Shown here piece after piece: positions 25,897 through 37,588 of a stretch of DNA of 64,000 nucleotides. The notes under the pieces were generated by a model, which did not search any database, was not told the origin of the DNA, and worked only from the letters and a program-made list of their open reading frames with translations. The first letter of the stretch is position 1, and each line of letters starts with the position of its first letter. A program made the translations under genes and the position numbers. The stretch spans positions 64,046,001 to 64,110,000 of the forward strand of contig OZ320314.1 of assembly GCA_976226885.1 (NCBI GenBank), in the 5' to 3' direction. This DNA comes from Iphione sp. A-MEVVRFRX5. Lineage: Eukaryota.

Positions 25897-26659
25897 TTCA
25901 ACGACTCTAGAGAGATGGGCTAGCAGGGCACTGGTTTTCTCCACTTCCTTCAAACTCATTTTATTCCAACCTAAAGCAAGATTCAGCTTCTCCTTCAACA
26001 CATACCGGTTTTCTACTGGTAACCTCAACTCCATGGCATGAGAGTCCATTTCAGTACCCAAAAAGACAGGCTTACTGGGCCACACAACCTTGTTATAAGC
26101 AACTTCAATATCCAGCCTTTTGATCAAGCTAATCAGCAATCTAATACTTTTACGGCACAACTCTTCAGATTCGCCAATCACCAAGAAACCATTCAAATAG
26201 TTGCCCAAACGACAACTACATGTACATTCTTTCGCTATCCTTATCATATCGAAAATTTGGATGAACAACTAAGGCGCACAATGCAAACCAAAGGTAAGCG
26301 TATTATTCACGGAAAAAGGCTGTTACCTCAGGATCCCATGTTAAGCTCTGAAACGTCCACGGAGTTATAAATATCTGCATTATTATCTAAACTGGATCGT
26401 CCACGGAGATATGAGCGTCCTCATAGCAAGACTCCTGGCCGGTTTCCCATTCACCTGCGCACTGTCTGAGGTTGTCTATGAGACGCCATCCTTGCCTTAT
26501 TGTTTTTCCCATTCCTGCAGCCTATTTCTGACGATTGCCCTATAATCTTGGGGCTGAGATAGTGGTTTTCTTGTTAACCCCACTTCAGAGAGAAGACTGA
26601 AAACCCTAAGCCACATCTAGAGGTATCTTGGCTGCCTTCTTAACATGATTAACATGATT

Positions 26660-26968
26660 TTTCATACTTTTCCCAGTAACAGTCACCAGTTTTTGTACTT
26701 TTTCCAGTGACATTCACCAGTTTCCATATTTTCCCAGTGAAATTCATGAGGTTTTATGCTTTTTCCCAGTGACATTCACCAGTTTTTATACCTTTTTTCA
26801 GTGACATTTACCAGTTTTTAAACCTTTTTTCAGTGACATTCACCAGTTTTTATACTTTTTCCGGTCGCATTCATCAGTTTTTATACTTTTTCCAGTGATT
26901 TTCACAGGTTTTTATACTTTTTCCAGTAACATTTGCCAGTTTTTATAATTTTTTCCAATGACATTTGT
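26660..26968 (+). repeat. Minisatellite, about 31-bp unit, about 10 copies
   Basis: Consensus is approximately TTTTCCAGTGACATTCACCAGTTTTTATACT, head-to-tail with no spacers. Confidence 0.88.
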
Positions 26969-28957
26969 CGTGGCTAGTATACTACTACACCTTAACTTTG
27001 CTTCTCCTTATATGTTATCAGATAAGGTGGGTCGAGCGGTAAACTGGCATCCATGTTGTAATTGACCGATTTACCTATATACCTACAATAGTCAGTGATA
27101 GGACTTATGGCTGATTTCTCATTCAACCTGCACTGGCTGAGGCTGTGAGTGAGGCGCTACCCCTGCCCCTATTATTCCATTATTTTTACTTGAAATGCAG
27201 TGAAATACCTTTAAAATAATGCTAAATACACTTACTATAAAGAATATCATGTTGTCTTCCTATAAAGACATGATAGAAGCAATCCCATTGGTCAGAAAAG
27301 GTCACCATATAAACAGCCAATGAAATTCATTGTCTCTTTTTGAGTGGAGCATTTGTCGAAACCATAAAGTGCCTTTTCTGGGTTTGGCCTTGGTCTCGGG
27401 CCCATTGGCCTTCGACCTCGGGGCTTAAACTGACAGGTCAAAATCCAGAAAAGACACTTAACTGTAGTTCTTACAATGAGGATGAAGAGATATATCTCCA
27501 CTTTAGCATCTAGTATATCTTCAGTGAATGAAATTCCTTGAATGAGACAATCATATTTACAAACATTGAATTTGATATGTTTGCCAATGATAGGAGTGAT
27601 CCCATCGGTCTAGAATATGTTTCCGTGGATACAGCCAATAAAATCCCTTGTCTCTGTATCAGCAGGGCGTATGTCCCCACATTGATGCCCTGCGTTCTAC
27701 CACTCTTTAGAAGCATCACCAATAATTTTCTGGGAGATAGAACATTTCCTCCCGCGCGGAGTTAAGTGTCTTTCCCCACCACCAGAGCAATTCCTCTCTA
27801 TCTCATGATGAATAAAGTTGATAATCACCAATTTCACACTACAGCGGAGCCACACATCTTGATGCCTCAAAATTTTGAATTTTAGTCGATAAAGATGTTA
27901 TAGTGTGTCAATGGAACGTATGAGCTTGGCAACCTAGCATTGTTGTGACTAAAGTGATGTATAAGCCAATCGCAATAATTCAAACTTCTATGTATACATA
28001 GGACATACATAGTACATGTATATATGTATGTATGTGTGTGGTTCCCTATCCTTAAGCAATGTTGAAACAGGTATGGTGACTGGTACCAGTCAAACCTTTG
28101 TACATTTTATCAACACTGGACTCGTCCGTTTTATCTGAACGGTTGTGCTAGGAGTAGTAACTATTTTTTTAAATTTTCTAACAGGAAATGGGTGTATAGG
28201 CTATGTCATCCTTTTTCTCTCGCTCCCGGAAGAAAGTCCCAATATTCCTCCTTGCTCACATTAAACAACACATTCAGTCTCTTCCATGGGATGGTTATTT
28301 CTAGCCCTAGATAGCTGTCCCTGTTTTGTCAGCACTAAGAACTATGGCACGGCTCCTATAACTATTTTGACGACATCCCCCAGAAAGAGGAGCCTGCAAC
28401 TGATGGCAGCACACAATTTTTTTAATTGAATGGTTTATTCTGGAAAGTTATACATATTAGATAATATTTTCTTCCAGGGTGATTAGTTTTATAATGACAT
28501 AATGATATTGTATGTTGGTTCTGGATGACATCCAGTCCACTTTAATAATAAGCACCAAATATGTTTAATATCCCCCCATCCTCTTTACTGCAGCAAAACT
28601 TTGTTTAAGACTTTTAGATAATTTCATAATATGTCCATATTCAGTCACTCATCTGGTTAGCTAATTAGCGGTCATGGATAACAGACTTTGTAGAAACCAA
28701 GGCTGTTATGTAGAGTATATACCTCTCATGAATGATTCATAGATAATAAGTTTAAAATCTTGCAAATTATTGCTGTAATTGTATCCTTCCTACACTGAAG
28801 TTCCCAAGTATAAAGTGAACTTATAGAACACTTCTCCTGTATAAACAGAGGTTCACGTGTACATTTAAAAAACTAACATTGTTTTAAAAACCAATGGCGT
28901 GTGAAGTTGTCCCGAGGAAGAAAGGACCAGCACAGAAGAAGGACAACGTGCATATAT

Positions 28958-31900
28958 GTGACCCGTTCCAGCAAAATGAGTCGGAAGTCACAGGGACTAA
29001 AACCGAGATATGGGCCTCCAAAGGCGGATGTCGGTCAAAATATCGTAAATGGGGTTTTTATTTTTTTCATATCTATCATGTCTCAAGTTTATTCTGTGAA
29101 AAAATTAGACTCCCACGATGACTATAATTGCCTGCAATAAGGCTCTGAAGGTAGTAACTGCTTGAATGCACACAGACAAAAGAACCCTCGCTCGGGGCTA
29201 TTTTTTCCAAACTTCAGCAGCTCGCTTTTGGGTCCTCCCATCATCTTAGGCCCACTTCCCGGGTACCTGCTGAAAGCGCGCGAATTTCCCTAGCCAATGA
29301 CGCCTTCAGATTTTGAAAGTGCATTCTTTCTGACCAATGACGAGCCGTTTTAAAGGGAGACGTCATGTAAACAATCGTTGCCATGGGGTCATGTGTGGTG
29401 AATGTCGTGCGCCGATTGGTCGAAAGCCTCCCGCGTGCGCGTGTTTGGGTCAGTTTAAATGTCTGGCTTCACAGTGAGCGGACGTGGGTCGCTGCTCTAG
29501 CCGTGGATAATAATTAATGGAGATGGGAATAACGTAGCATTTGGATACAGAAGTGTCTGCCAACAACCAGGGATGGCCACGGATCGGGCTCAAGCCTTGG
29601 CAGATGCTTTAAACAACATCAGTCGGGCCAATTTACATGGCGTGGCTGCAGAGGCACAATAGCGGAATCTCGTGGATGAGTACTTTCTCTATGAGGAGGA
29701 GGTGGAGGAGGGCCTGGCTGATGAGGAGGAGGTGGAGGAGGTAGAAGAACAATCGGAGGAAGAGGAGGAACCCTCAGGAGAGGTTGAGGATTCACTGGTA
29801 GTCACCGATCCTACTGAGGAGATCCTGAAAGACGAGTGGGCACGCTGTGAAAACTTCAGGTAAGTTCTCTTAATCTGCCATAACAGTGATGTGCAGTTGC
29901 ACTGAACAATCGAAGACCAAACTATTAGAAAATTGTCCCTATAGTTACAAATCCCTTTACAGATTCTTAAGTATCTGGTGAACATGTTAGAATAGAATCT
30001 TGTGAACATGTTAGAATAGGTTTTTGTATTTAGGGCCATTTTAGAATTTTTTAAACTATGAGAAACTGAACATAATTATGAACATTTTCTGTAGGTGTTT
30101 AGACTATTGTATTTAGGGCCATTGTAATTTTTTTTTTTGAACTGGGAAACTGACCACGTGAAAATTGCCTGCAGGTGCTCTTGTAAACACTACAATGACG
30201 ACAACTGCAGCAAACAGTTCACGGCAACCGAGTTGGCAGACAGACGGCAGGAGGTTTTCCAGCTGTCTTCAGGTACTTATTGTTTCCCGAACTTGTCAGA
30301 CCTGTTGAGATTGTAATTATGTAACCATTCTGCATTTCTTCTTTAAGATGTGTAACTGGAAAGATCACTTCAATTTGACGTGTGCCAAAATCATTAGTAT
30401 TATTGACCTGTCAGTGTAACCCTTGCCAGAAAAAACCAATATTATGTCAATCCTATCCATCTTGATGAGACGTCATGTATACCTGTCTCTTCTAGGAGAA
30501 AAAGACATGCTTCTGCAAGGCATAATAAGTACAGTGACAGACATAAGTGCCATGACCTCAACATGGAAGAAGGGGGAAAAGGGGAAGCACGAGCGACGTG
30601 CTCCACGCAGCCACTACATGATTGGTTCCAAGGTCATTTGCAGGGACACCTTTAAGTTTATGTATGCGTGAGTATCCCTCATCCTTGTACTTATTATTTT
30701 CTTACAGGTAGCTTAATGCTAAAATGTAATTTCATGTATTTATAGTGCTAAAAGTATGAGTCAATAGATAAGTATATCAGAGGAGTCATGGAGTATGTAA
30801 CCACCCACCAATTAAACATGACAACCAACATGCACTTGTATTTATGGTCTACTCTCTTGGTTAGATATTAAGGGTGTTTCACTTTGCCTTCCAGCATCAG
30901 CCAAAACAAACTGACCAGCATTATTCAATGGTATAAGGACAACGGCGTTGTCCCCCGTGTCAAGAGGGCTGGTGGGAGACAGTCCAAAACCAAGATCCTC
31001 CACCTCACCGATATCCAGAGAGTCGCAGGGTTCCTCACCTCGTATGCTGAGACCAACGCCCTTGTCCTGCCTGGCCGTGTAGCTACCCACAAGCGCGATG
31101 ATATTCTCCTCCTCCCCTCATCTGCCACTAAGGCAGACATCTACAAACTGTATCGTCAAGCTATGGAGGAGTCTGAGTACAGGTGTGTAGCAGACTCCAC
31201 ATTCCGGAATTTGTGGCTACAACTTCTTCCCCATATAGTTTGTTCCCGCCCAAAAACTGACCTATGTTGGGAATGTCAGCGTAACTACAGGGATATTTCC
31301 TCATCTAGTAATCTCCCCGAGGTAGTCAAGGCAGCAAAACTTAAGAAGCAGCAGAAACATCTGGAGGTTGTAACAGCGGAAAGGACATTTTATCAGAATA
31401 TGGTGAAGAATGCCAAGGCTGCCTACCGGGAAGCCAATGCCCCAGTCCTTGGTCCACACCCACCTTGTTCCATAGACATAGCTACTCATATCAGTTTTGA
31501 TTATGCCCAGCAGGTCCACCTCCCCTCCTCCCCCATGCAGCCTGGGCCTCTTTATTTTCTAGTCCCACAGAAGGTGGGTATCTTCGGGGTGTGCAATGAG
31601 GCTATTCCCAAGCAGGTCAACTATCTTATAGATGAGGGACACTGTGGGAGCAAGGGATCGAATGCTGTAATCTCATATTTGCACCACTATTTTGAGAAGT
31701 TTGATCTGGGTTCTTGCTCTGTGGATCTGCACTGCGACAACTGCAGTAGCCAGAACAAGAACAATTGGGTGCTAGCATATCTCATGTGGAGGGTCCTGAC
31801 TGGTCGGCACCACACACTAACTTTGAACTTTCTTATAACTGGCCACACGAAGTTTGCACTGGACTGGTGCTTCGGTTTACTGAAACAGAAGTTTCAGCGT

Positions 31901-33338
31901 GAGTCAGTATCTAGCTTATCCGATTTGTCTCAAACAGTACTGAAGAGTATCCATGATCAGGTCAATGTTCCCCAACTTGTTGGGGATGAGTCTGGGAATG
32001 TCTATGTCCCAACCTATGACTGGCAAGCTTTCCTCTCACCTTTTATCTGACGTTTGCCAGGTATTAAGCAGTTTCACCATTTTGAGTTCTCCAACCAGAA
32101 CCCTGGGGTTATCTCTTACCGTGAGTATGCAGACAGCCAGCCAAACACTTTCAAGATGTTAAGTGTTGACCCCCAAGCAGTCCCCAGGGGCCCTCCTCCA
32201 CCTGTTCCCTCCCCCGGTTTGTCTACCAAGAGACAGTGGTATCTGTTCAAGAACATCAGGGACTTCTGCACAGAGGAGACCAAAGACATTATGTGCCCGA
32301 AGCCGTCTGTTCCTGAGCCCACGGTGACAGAAGCAGAGTCAGACACAGAGCCAGGACCAGCTCCAGGACCAGCTCCAGGCCCAGCTCCAGGACCTGGTGA
32401 GGAACGCCCCGCACGAGGCAGAGGCAGGGGCAGAGGCAGGGGCAGAGGCAGAGGCAGAGGCAGAGGTAGGGGCCGTGGGCGTGCCCAGACCCCTGACACT
32501 TCAGAGGAGGAGGAGGAGGAGGAGGAGGAGATGTTCAGGCAAATGGAGAGGTCCAGCTCAGACCAGGACTCTGACTTTGAACCTGAGCCACAAGCAAAGC
32601 CAAAACGTAAGCGTGGTAAAGGAGGTCGTGGTCGACCAAAAAAGACCAGATGAACTTGTTCTACTTGTTCTACTGCTGATGTTTGAATAATTATGTGCAA
32701 TCGAAAACCACAAGTGGTTTCGCTAATAAGTTTTACCAAGACTTTTTTCAAGACAGTTCATTATTTATTTTTATTTTTATTAATACCTCCAAGACAATGG
32801 TTTCAATCAATCCAAGACAATCTTAAGACAATCATGAACACTTATGCAGAGTATTTTACAAGACCAGGGTCAACCTACAACCCCTTTTTTATCTTCTAGA
32901 TGGAGGTACTGTGATACTTTTTGCTTGCCTTACTAGGTTAAGTTTTCCATTCCAGAGCGGAATTTTGTCACATTTTCAGAGGCCGGCATGAATAAAATAT
33001 TATGTCTCAAAATGCATGGTTCTTTGGTATTTTGTAGCTTAGATAGTGTAGATAGACTATGTTGAGTTTCAGGAAGATTGAGAAAAAAGAAGAAGCCTTT
33101 GCTAGGGTAGACTGCCATATAGTGCGGTACCAAAACTTCGAACGCAAATATCTCAGTTTCTCTGTTACGGTTTACCGCATCACTACATAACTTCGTCGTT
33201 TCACTACATTTTGCCTAATTCCAGTAGGAAGATGCGCTATACCTCGTTTTAAAGGTCAGAAACTACATTTTTTCATGGAATATATAACTCAAATTTGATT
33301 TTTTCCGACTTCTGACTCATTTTACCAAAACGGGTCAC
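28958..33338 (+). mobile_element. Full-length Sola-superfamily DNA transposon (4381 bp)
   Basis: 32-bp TIRs (GTGACCCGTTCCAGCAAAATGAGTCGGAAGTC versus the reverse complement of 33307-33338, 27/32 identical) and a 4-bp ATAT TSD (28954-28957 and 33339-33342). The internal transposase has Sola-type motifs. Confidence 0.85.
29573..32653 (+). pseudogene. Sola transposase, 4 exons (29573-29859, 30175-30272, 30496-30667, 30895-32653), with two in-frame stops
   Basis: All three introns are GT-AG and in phase. Motifs: CSC..C, DLCWEC, SFDYAQ, HCDNCSSQNKN, GHTKFALDWCFG (three-Asp catalytic set). Premature TAG at 29660-29662 and TGA at 32048-32050. Confidence 0.85.
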
Positions 33339-33360
33339 ATATATATATATATATATATAT
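33339..33360. repeat. (AT)n microsatellite at the right flank of the Sola element
   Basis: An uninterrupted AT dinucleotide run starts at the TSD. Confidence 0.9.
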
Positions 33361-33667
33361 CTACAAAAAAGTTACGATTGTATATTAGTACTGCTAGAAC
33401 ATGTGCACTGATGTCCGCTGTCATGATGAGCTAAAATGATTCAAATATTAGGAATATAAAATGAGGTGTCGCGTAATTGTACGTGTAATGGATAGGTTCT
33501 ACCTGCCCTCATAAAACTAGAACAAAACCAGAAGGCCAGCTGTACCCCCTTATAGGGCCTAGATGGGGATTAGGATTTTCAAAAGGCAACTCTAGCTAAC
33601 GAGACCATACTGAAGATTTATTTTAAGCCTTCGAGGGGGGCGTAAGGTGTAGGATTAAACGTGATTC

Positions 33668-34198
33668 TCACAGTTCTTGAAATGTTTTGGGTACTGTGAA
33701 ATAGCTTAAGGCAGCATTATGCGACCCAGTGAAACGTGCTCTACCACCAGCAACATTGATGCTCCCGTTCAACGCATTACGCTCCATCTCTTTATAGATT
33801 CTTTTCCTGCAGTCATGTCCCGTGCTCTGAATGGCAGAATGGAAGTCCTTAATTTTTCTGAACAGCTGTGTAAAACTATGCCTCTGACTAACAGATCTGG
33901 AAGAGCATATAGCATTAAATACATTTATAAATGATGGCCTTTTCATAGACGGTCGCAATTCATATACGTGTACATACAATGAAGTTGATGGGCTGTCATA
34001 TGATGGACGGAATAATAGGGTCGAAAAGGGGTACGCCTTTAGAAAATGCTCGTGTGCAATGAAAATAGAGTGGAACTCGTCAGGAAGAGTTTCACCTGTA
34101 GGGACATCAGTTGGGCTTAACAGTCTCCAATCAGATGTGAAAAAGCGAGGTAAAGCTAGGCAAGCTCCATCCATATCCAAAGGACCGGTCTCCATACC
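33668..34198 (-). CDS. Unassigned open frame (about 177 aa after an acceptor-like site)
   Basis: Part of a 235-codon ORF. It starts after ccccgcag|GTATGGAG and is followed by AATAAA (33617-33622, minus strand). No family recognised. Confidence 0.45.
   Translation of the reverse strand, partial: GMETGPLDMDGACLALPRFFTSDWRLLSPTDVPTGETLPDEFHSIFIAHEHFLKAYPFSTLLFRPSYDSPSTSLYVHVYELRPSMKRPSFINVFNAICSSRSVSQRHSFTQLFRKIKDFHSAIQSTGHDCRKRIYKEMERNALNGSINVAGGRARFTGSHNAALSYFTVPKTFQEL
34019..34047 (-). repeat. Left copy of a perfect 29-bp inverted repeat
   Basis: The reverse complement, ATTTTCTAAAGGCGTACCCCTTTTCGACC, is identical to 37259-37287. Confidence 0.95.
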
Positions 34199-34424
34199 TG
34201 CGGGGGAGTGCAGCGAAGTGCGGGAGACCTCTGTCTGCATTGTATGCGTTTTTTGTTTTCTCCTGCAGTCTCCCACACAGGGGTGCTCCATACCTGCGGT
34301 AAATGCATGGGAGAGAGAGAGACAGACACAGACAGAGAGAGAGAGGTTTTTAGCTGGATAGACACTGTCTATCATGTGGTAGATGATATGAAATATTTTC
34401 TAATTTGCTATCATTTACATAAAA

Positions 34425-34590
34425 AAACACCATTTCTACCAATATGCCTCCACCTCCACAAAAAATGCACAATTTCCCCAGCTATACCTCAACCTCAATG
34501 AATAAACCACACAATTTCTCCCATTTTGCCTCAACCTCCATGAATAAACTGCACACTTTCTACCAATATGCCTCAACCTCCATGAAAAAC
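34425..34590 (+). repeat. 42-bp tandem repeat, about 4 copies
   Basis: The unit CACAATTTC...GCCTCAACCTCCATGAATAAAC translates HNF..xSTSMNK in the 34444-34899 ORF. It is flanked by (GA)n at about 34312-34342 and (CA)n at about 34829-34846. Confidence 0.8.
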
Positions 34591-36762
34591 ATAAATCTCT
34601 CTCCCCTCTCTCCCTCTCTCTGCCTCTCTCAAGTACACCCGATTCAACAACAGTCTGCACTATACTACTGTGCGTTGATATGTGCATACATGAAACTAAC
34701 AGACCTGGTCCGAAAATGGGCAACACAGACAGACGGAGACAAACACAGATGTACAGCTCCTGCAGGTAAGGAAGCCATCTCATTGAAATCAACAAGGTTG
34801 ATAAAAGCACACAGAAATGCACAGAATCACACACACACACACACACAAACCACCGTAGGTAAGGAAACTAAGCCTAAGCAGACATATAAAGTACTGTGAG
34901 CAGAATTATTTGTAAGAAAGTTATTTTTGAATGGAGTTCAGTTCTCTGCAGAAAATTTGTCATACTATGTATTTGTATATCATACAGGTATTTAAAAAGT
35001 ACTTAATTCTTTGCTATGGTAACCTAATGTATATATGTATTTATCTAAGTTAGGTCATTTACATATCTCATCACACGAATCTAAATCACCTAACTAGGAA
35101 TCAGAATTTGTAAAATATGATCCTTATAACAGATACTTCATGAAATATAACTGAAATAGACTTTTCATACCTTCAATTTCATCATAATTTTAAACCCTGT
35201 AATATGCATATTTGGCTTGAAACCAAAATAACTTGGAGTACTCTTTTGCATGCGGTGCAGCACCTATTCGAAGACTACTACAGTATATGACTTTAATGAC
35301 TCGTTTCCCATTCACCTGCTCACTGTTTGATGGTGACAACAAGACAGCTTAGGTGTGATTAGGGTTTCCCATTACCATACCTTATCTGTTGCGACTTTAG
35401 CAGGTGTCTTGACTGTGAGATAGTGACTTTCTCATTGCTTGGGGGCTAGAGATGAGACTGCAAATCCCGAGATAGGTCGGGAGGTGTCTTGCAGTATAAC
35501 TTAACGGTTCTTGGTTATCATTTGAAGAAAAACCATGGACTTGTATGGACTTTTTGAGGAGCTAGGGGAACATGGAGAGGGAGAATTGCAGAACAAAATT
35601 TTCGAACTGATTAACTCAGTCAGAAATTCCAGCTTATATGCCAGAAGGGACCAGTACCTCAGCCAGTCAGCCTTACTAATGCAAACCACCACCCTGCAGA
35701 GAGACCCTCCACTCCTAAACTGAGCAACTCACACCTTGGAAGCGTCAAGATGACAGGGTTGTGTGAAAATCTATAATAATGGTGACTACATGAAGAGAAA
35801 CCTACTATTCCAAACAGAACACCTGTGACCAAGGTAGCACAGCACAAAAATACAACGAAGACGTCTACGTGATACCCTCTCCTACAGAGCATTGTTGTCC
35901 CGGAGCACCTCCCAGTGAAAAACATTCATTTTTCCTTCAAAAATCATTGATTTCTATCGTTTTATTCTTAAATTACAACACAATTTTATATACTACTTCG
36001 TCTTGCCTCTACCTCACCTTATCGCTCCACCTTGAAAATAAATAAGTGAATGGGAAACTGTTATCAGCACCCCACTCAGCCATGGTTGTACTCAAGCAGA
36101 TAAGGCTGCACTTGTGGAAAACCGGCCATTAGCCTCAATATTTTGAGACAACAAGGGCAGTTCATCAGGGGCCTGTGCCTTGATAATTAGATAAAGCTTC
36201 TTTGATTTACAGTGAGGACTCTGGGAGAGCTATTTTCATACAAAATATACATTTCCGGTTTCATTACACATGTGAACCATTATATACTTTTTTAAAGTCA
36301 TAATAACTGTGTGGTTACTCAATAGTAATGTATTCAAATTGGCAATTGATAAACTTCTCTAACAGTAATTTAAGTTCTTCATTGTTCTTGACCTAGATTA
36401 GTAAGGGATCCTGTATCAAATAACTGTCAACAGAGTAAATGACTGCAGTCCTATTGAAGTGCCACATCTCCAAGTTAAAAATGCCAAGTTAATCATTGTT
36501 TTGAAATTATCATTTCTTCAATAATCATTGCAGACTACAAATATGATACCTGTTCCCTTTTTGACGAAGATTTCACGTTTCAATTTACAATTTCTCTACA
36601 CAGCAATCACCTACTGGGAAAACCCAATTTCACGAAACCCATTTTCAAATCATCTCGTTACGCCTTGAACTGGACTGAATGAGTCTGGGCATTAAATCTT
36701 GCTAATATCTACACATTCTCCAACCTATGATCTGTGAGCCCTAGACTGACTGATCCCTACGC

Positions 36763-36975
36763 TCAGGCTTGTTCCCTGCCAATGATTTTGCAGCATTCAA
36801 CATAAAGATAATTCCTCACAGAGTTTAAATGTATTTGATATGCATTCTTCCTACAGTGTAAACATCTCTCGTACTTCAAGCGCATCCTTTGAAGGTAATG
36901 GCTAATGCCTGGGATTTCTTGCATTATGGTATCTTTGTTGTAGTGTTTAGGGAGGTTCACCATCATACTTTGCAT
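36763..36975 (-). CDS. Small unassigned Cys-rich ORF (70 aa)
   Basis: Reads ...RLKYERCLHCRKNAYQIHLNSVRNYLYVECCKII..., with CxxC...CC spacing; intronless. Confidence 0.3.
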   Translation of the reverse strand: MQSMMVNLPKHYNKDTIMQEIPGISHYLQRMRLKYERCLHCRKNAYQIHLNSVRNYLYVECCKIIGREQA

Positions 36976-37140
36976 TAACTTTTTGGTGGTGTCTCCTTAC
37001 ATAATATTGAGAGTGCATGCAGCCATTAATATTGTTGATATTTGTAAAGAGTATAGGTCATGCCGGTGGTACATCGAAGCCATCTGGTGCCCATTAAAGC
37101 TGTACTAACTCCAGGCCACCTGTTCTGTCAGTACATGTAA

Positions 37141-37588
37141 TTGTATCAGGACTGCCTTGAACAGCGGATGTGTTTGAGATTGTCACCTGACCCACATTTT
37201 ACTATAAACACCAGCCTTGTGTGACAAATAAACAAACTTACACTTGGGACCGATCGTGATTTTCTAAAGGCGTACCCCTTTTCGACCTCTTTATTACATC
37301 CCACGAATTGCACGTCAGGGTCAAGCATGCACTTCCCCTGGCAACAAATTTTGCCATTTGGATCAGAGCACCCTGAAAAAAAAACACCTTCGCAGGGGGC
37401 ATCTTCCAAGCATCGTGCCAGCATTGTCTTCTGAGAGTAAAGGCCACATCTATTACGAACACACATGTCACTGGCTGAAGGTACCCAGCTCCTGGAATGA
37501 TTGTAACACACATCCATCGACATGGGATTTCCTCAGTTTGCAGTTAGTTCAGATCCCTCGGTCACTGCTTTACCCTATGTCCACATAA
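37141..37588 (+). pseudogene. Disrupted ORF sharing the FLKAYPFST motif with the 33668-34375 ORF
   Basis: Frame LYQDCLEQRM...*QINKLTLGTDRDFLKAYPFSTSLLHP... has a stop at 37222-37224. A one-base slip in the A9 run (37376-37384) would join it to the 37358-37588 ORF. AATAAA overlaps the terminal TAA. Confidence 0.45.
37259..37287 (+). repeat. Right copy of the perfect 29-bp inverted repeat
   Basis: ATTTTCTAAAGGCGTACCCCTTTTCGACC. Confidence 0.95.

Larger units (their letters stand above)
24150..26400 (-). mobile_element. Decayed Ngaro/DIRS-type tyrosine-recombinase retrotransposon (RT, RNase H, start of YR), interrupted by insertions
   Basis: RT-like TLTFGLHCAP and NYLNGFLVIG...FLGTEMDS..MELRLP (25891-26300). 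RNase H-like ELLTWWKMF...FYTGSSPSGYGGHFG, DNINVIKL*AVVVAVH and RSGRSCNRNCMRWLRELFW (24500-25030). Fragments at 24175-24414 resemble a YR N-terminus. Confidence 0.72.

Noticed and set aside
26660-26968. 31-bp repeat array as a CRISPR-like array
   Set aside because: Units are head-to-tail with no unique spacers, there are no cas genes, and the context is eukaryotic; it is a minisatellite.
32116-32751. 211-aa minus-strand ORF with (PL)n and poly-Ser
   Set aside because: Antisense shadow of the Sola transposase low-complexity tail.
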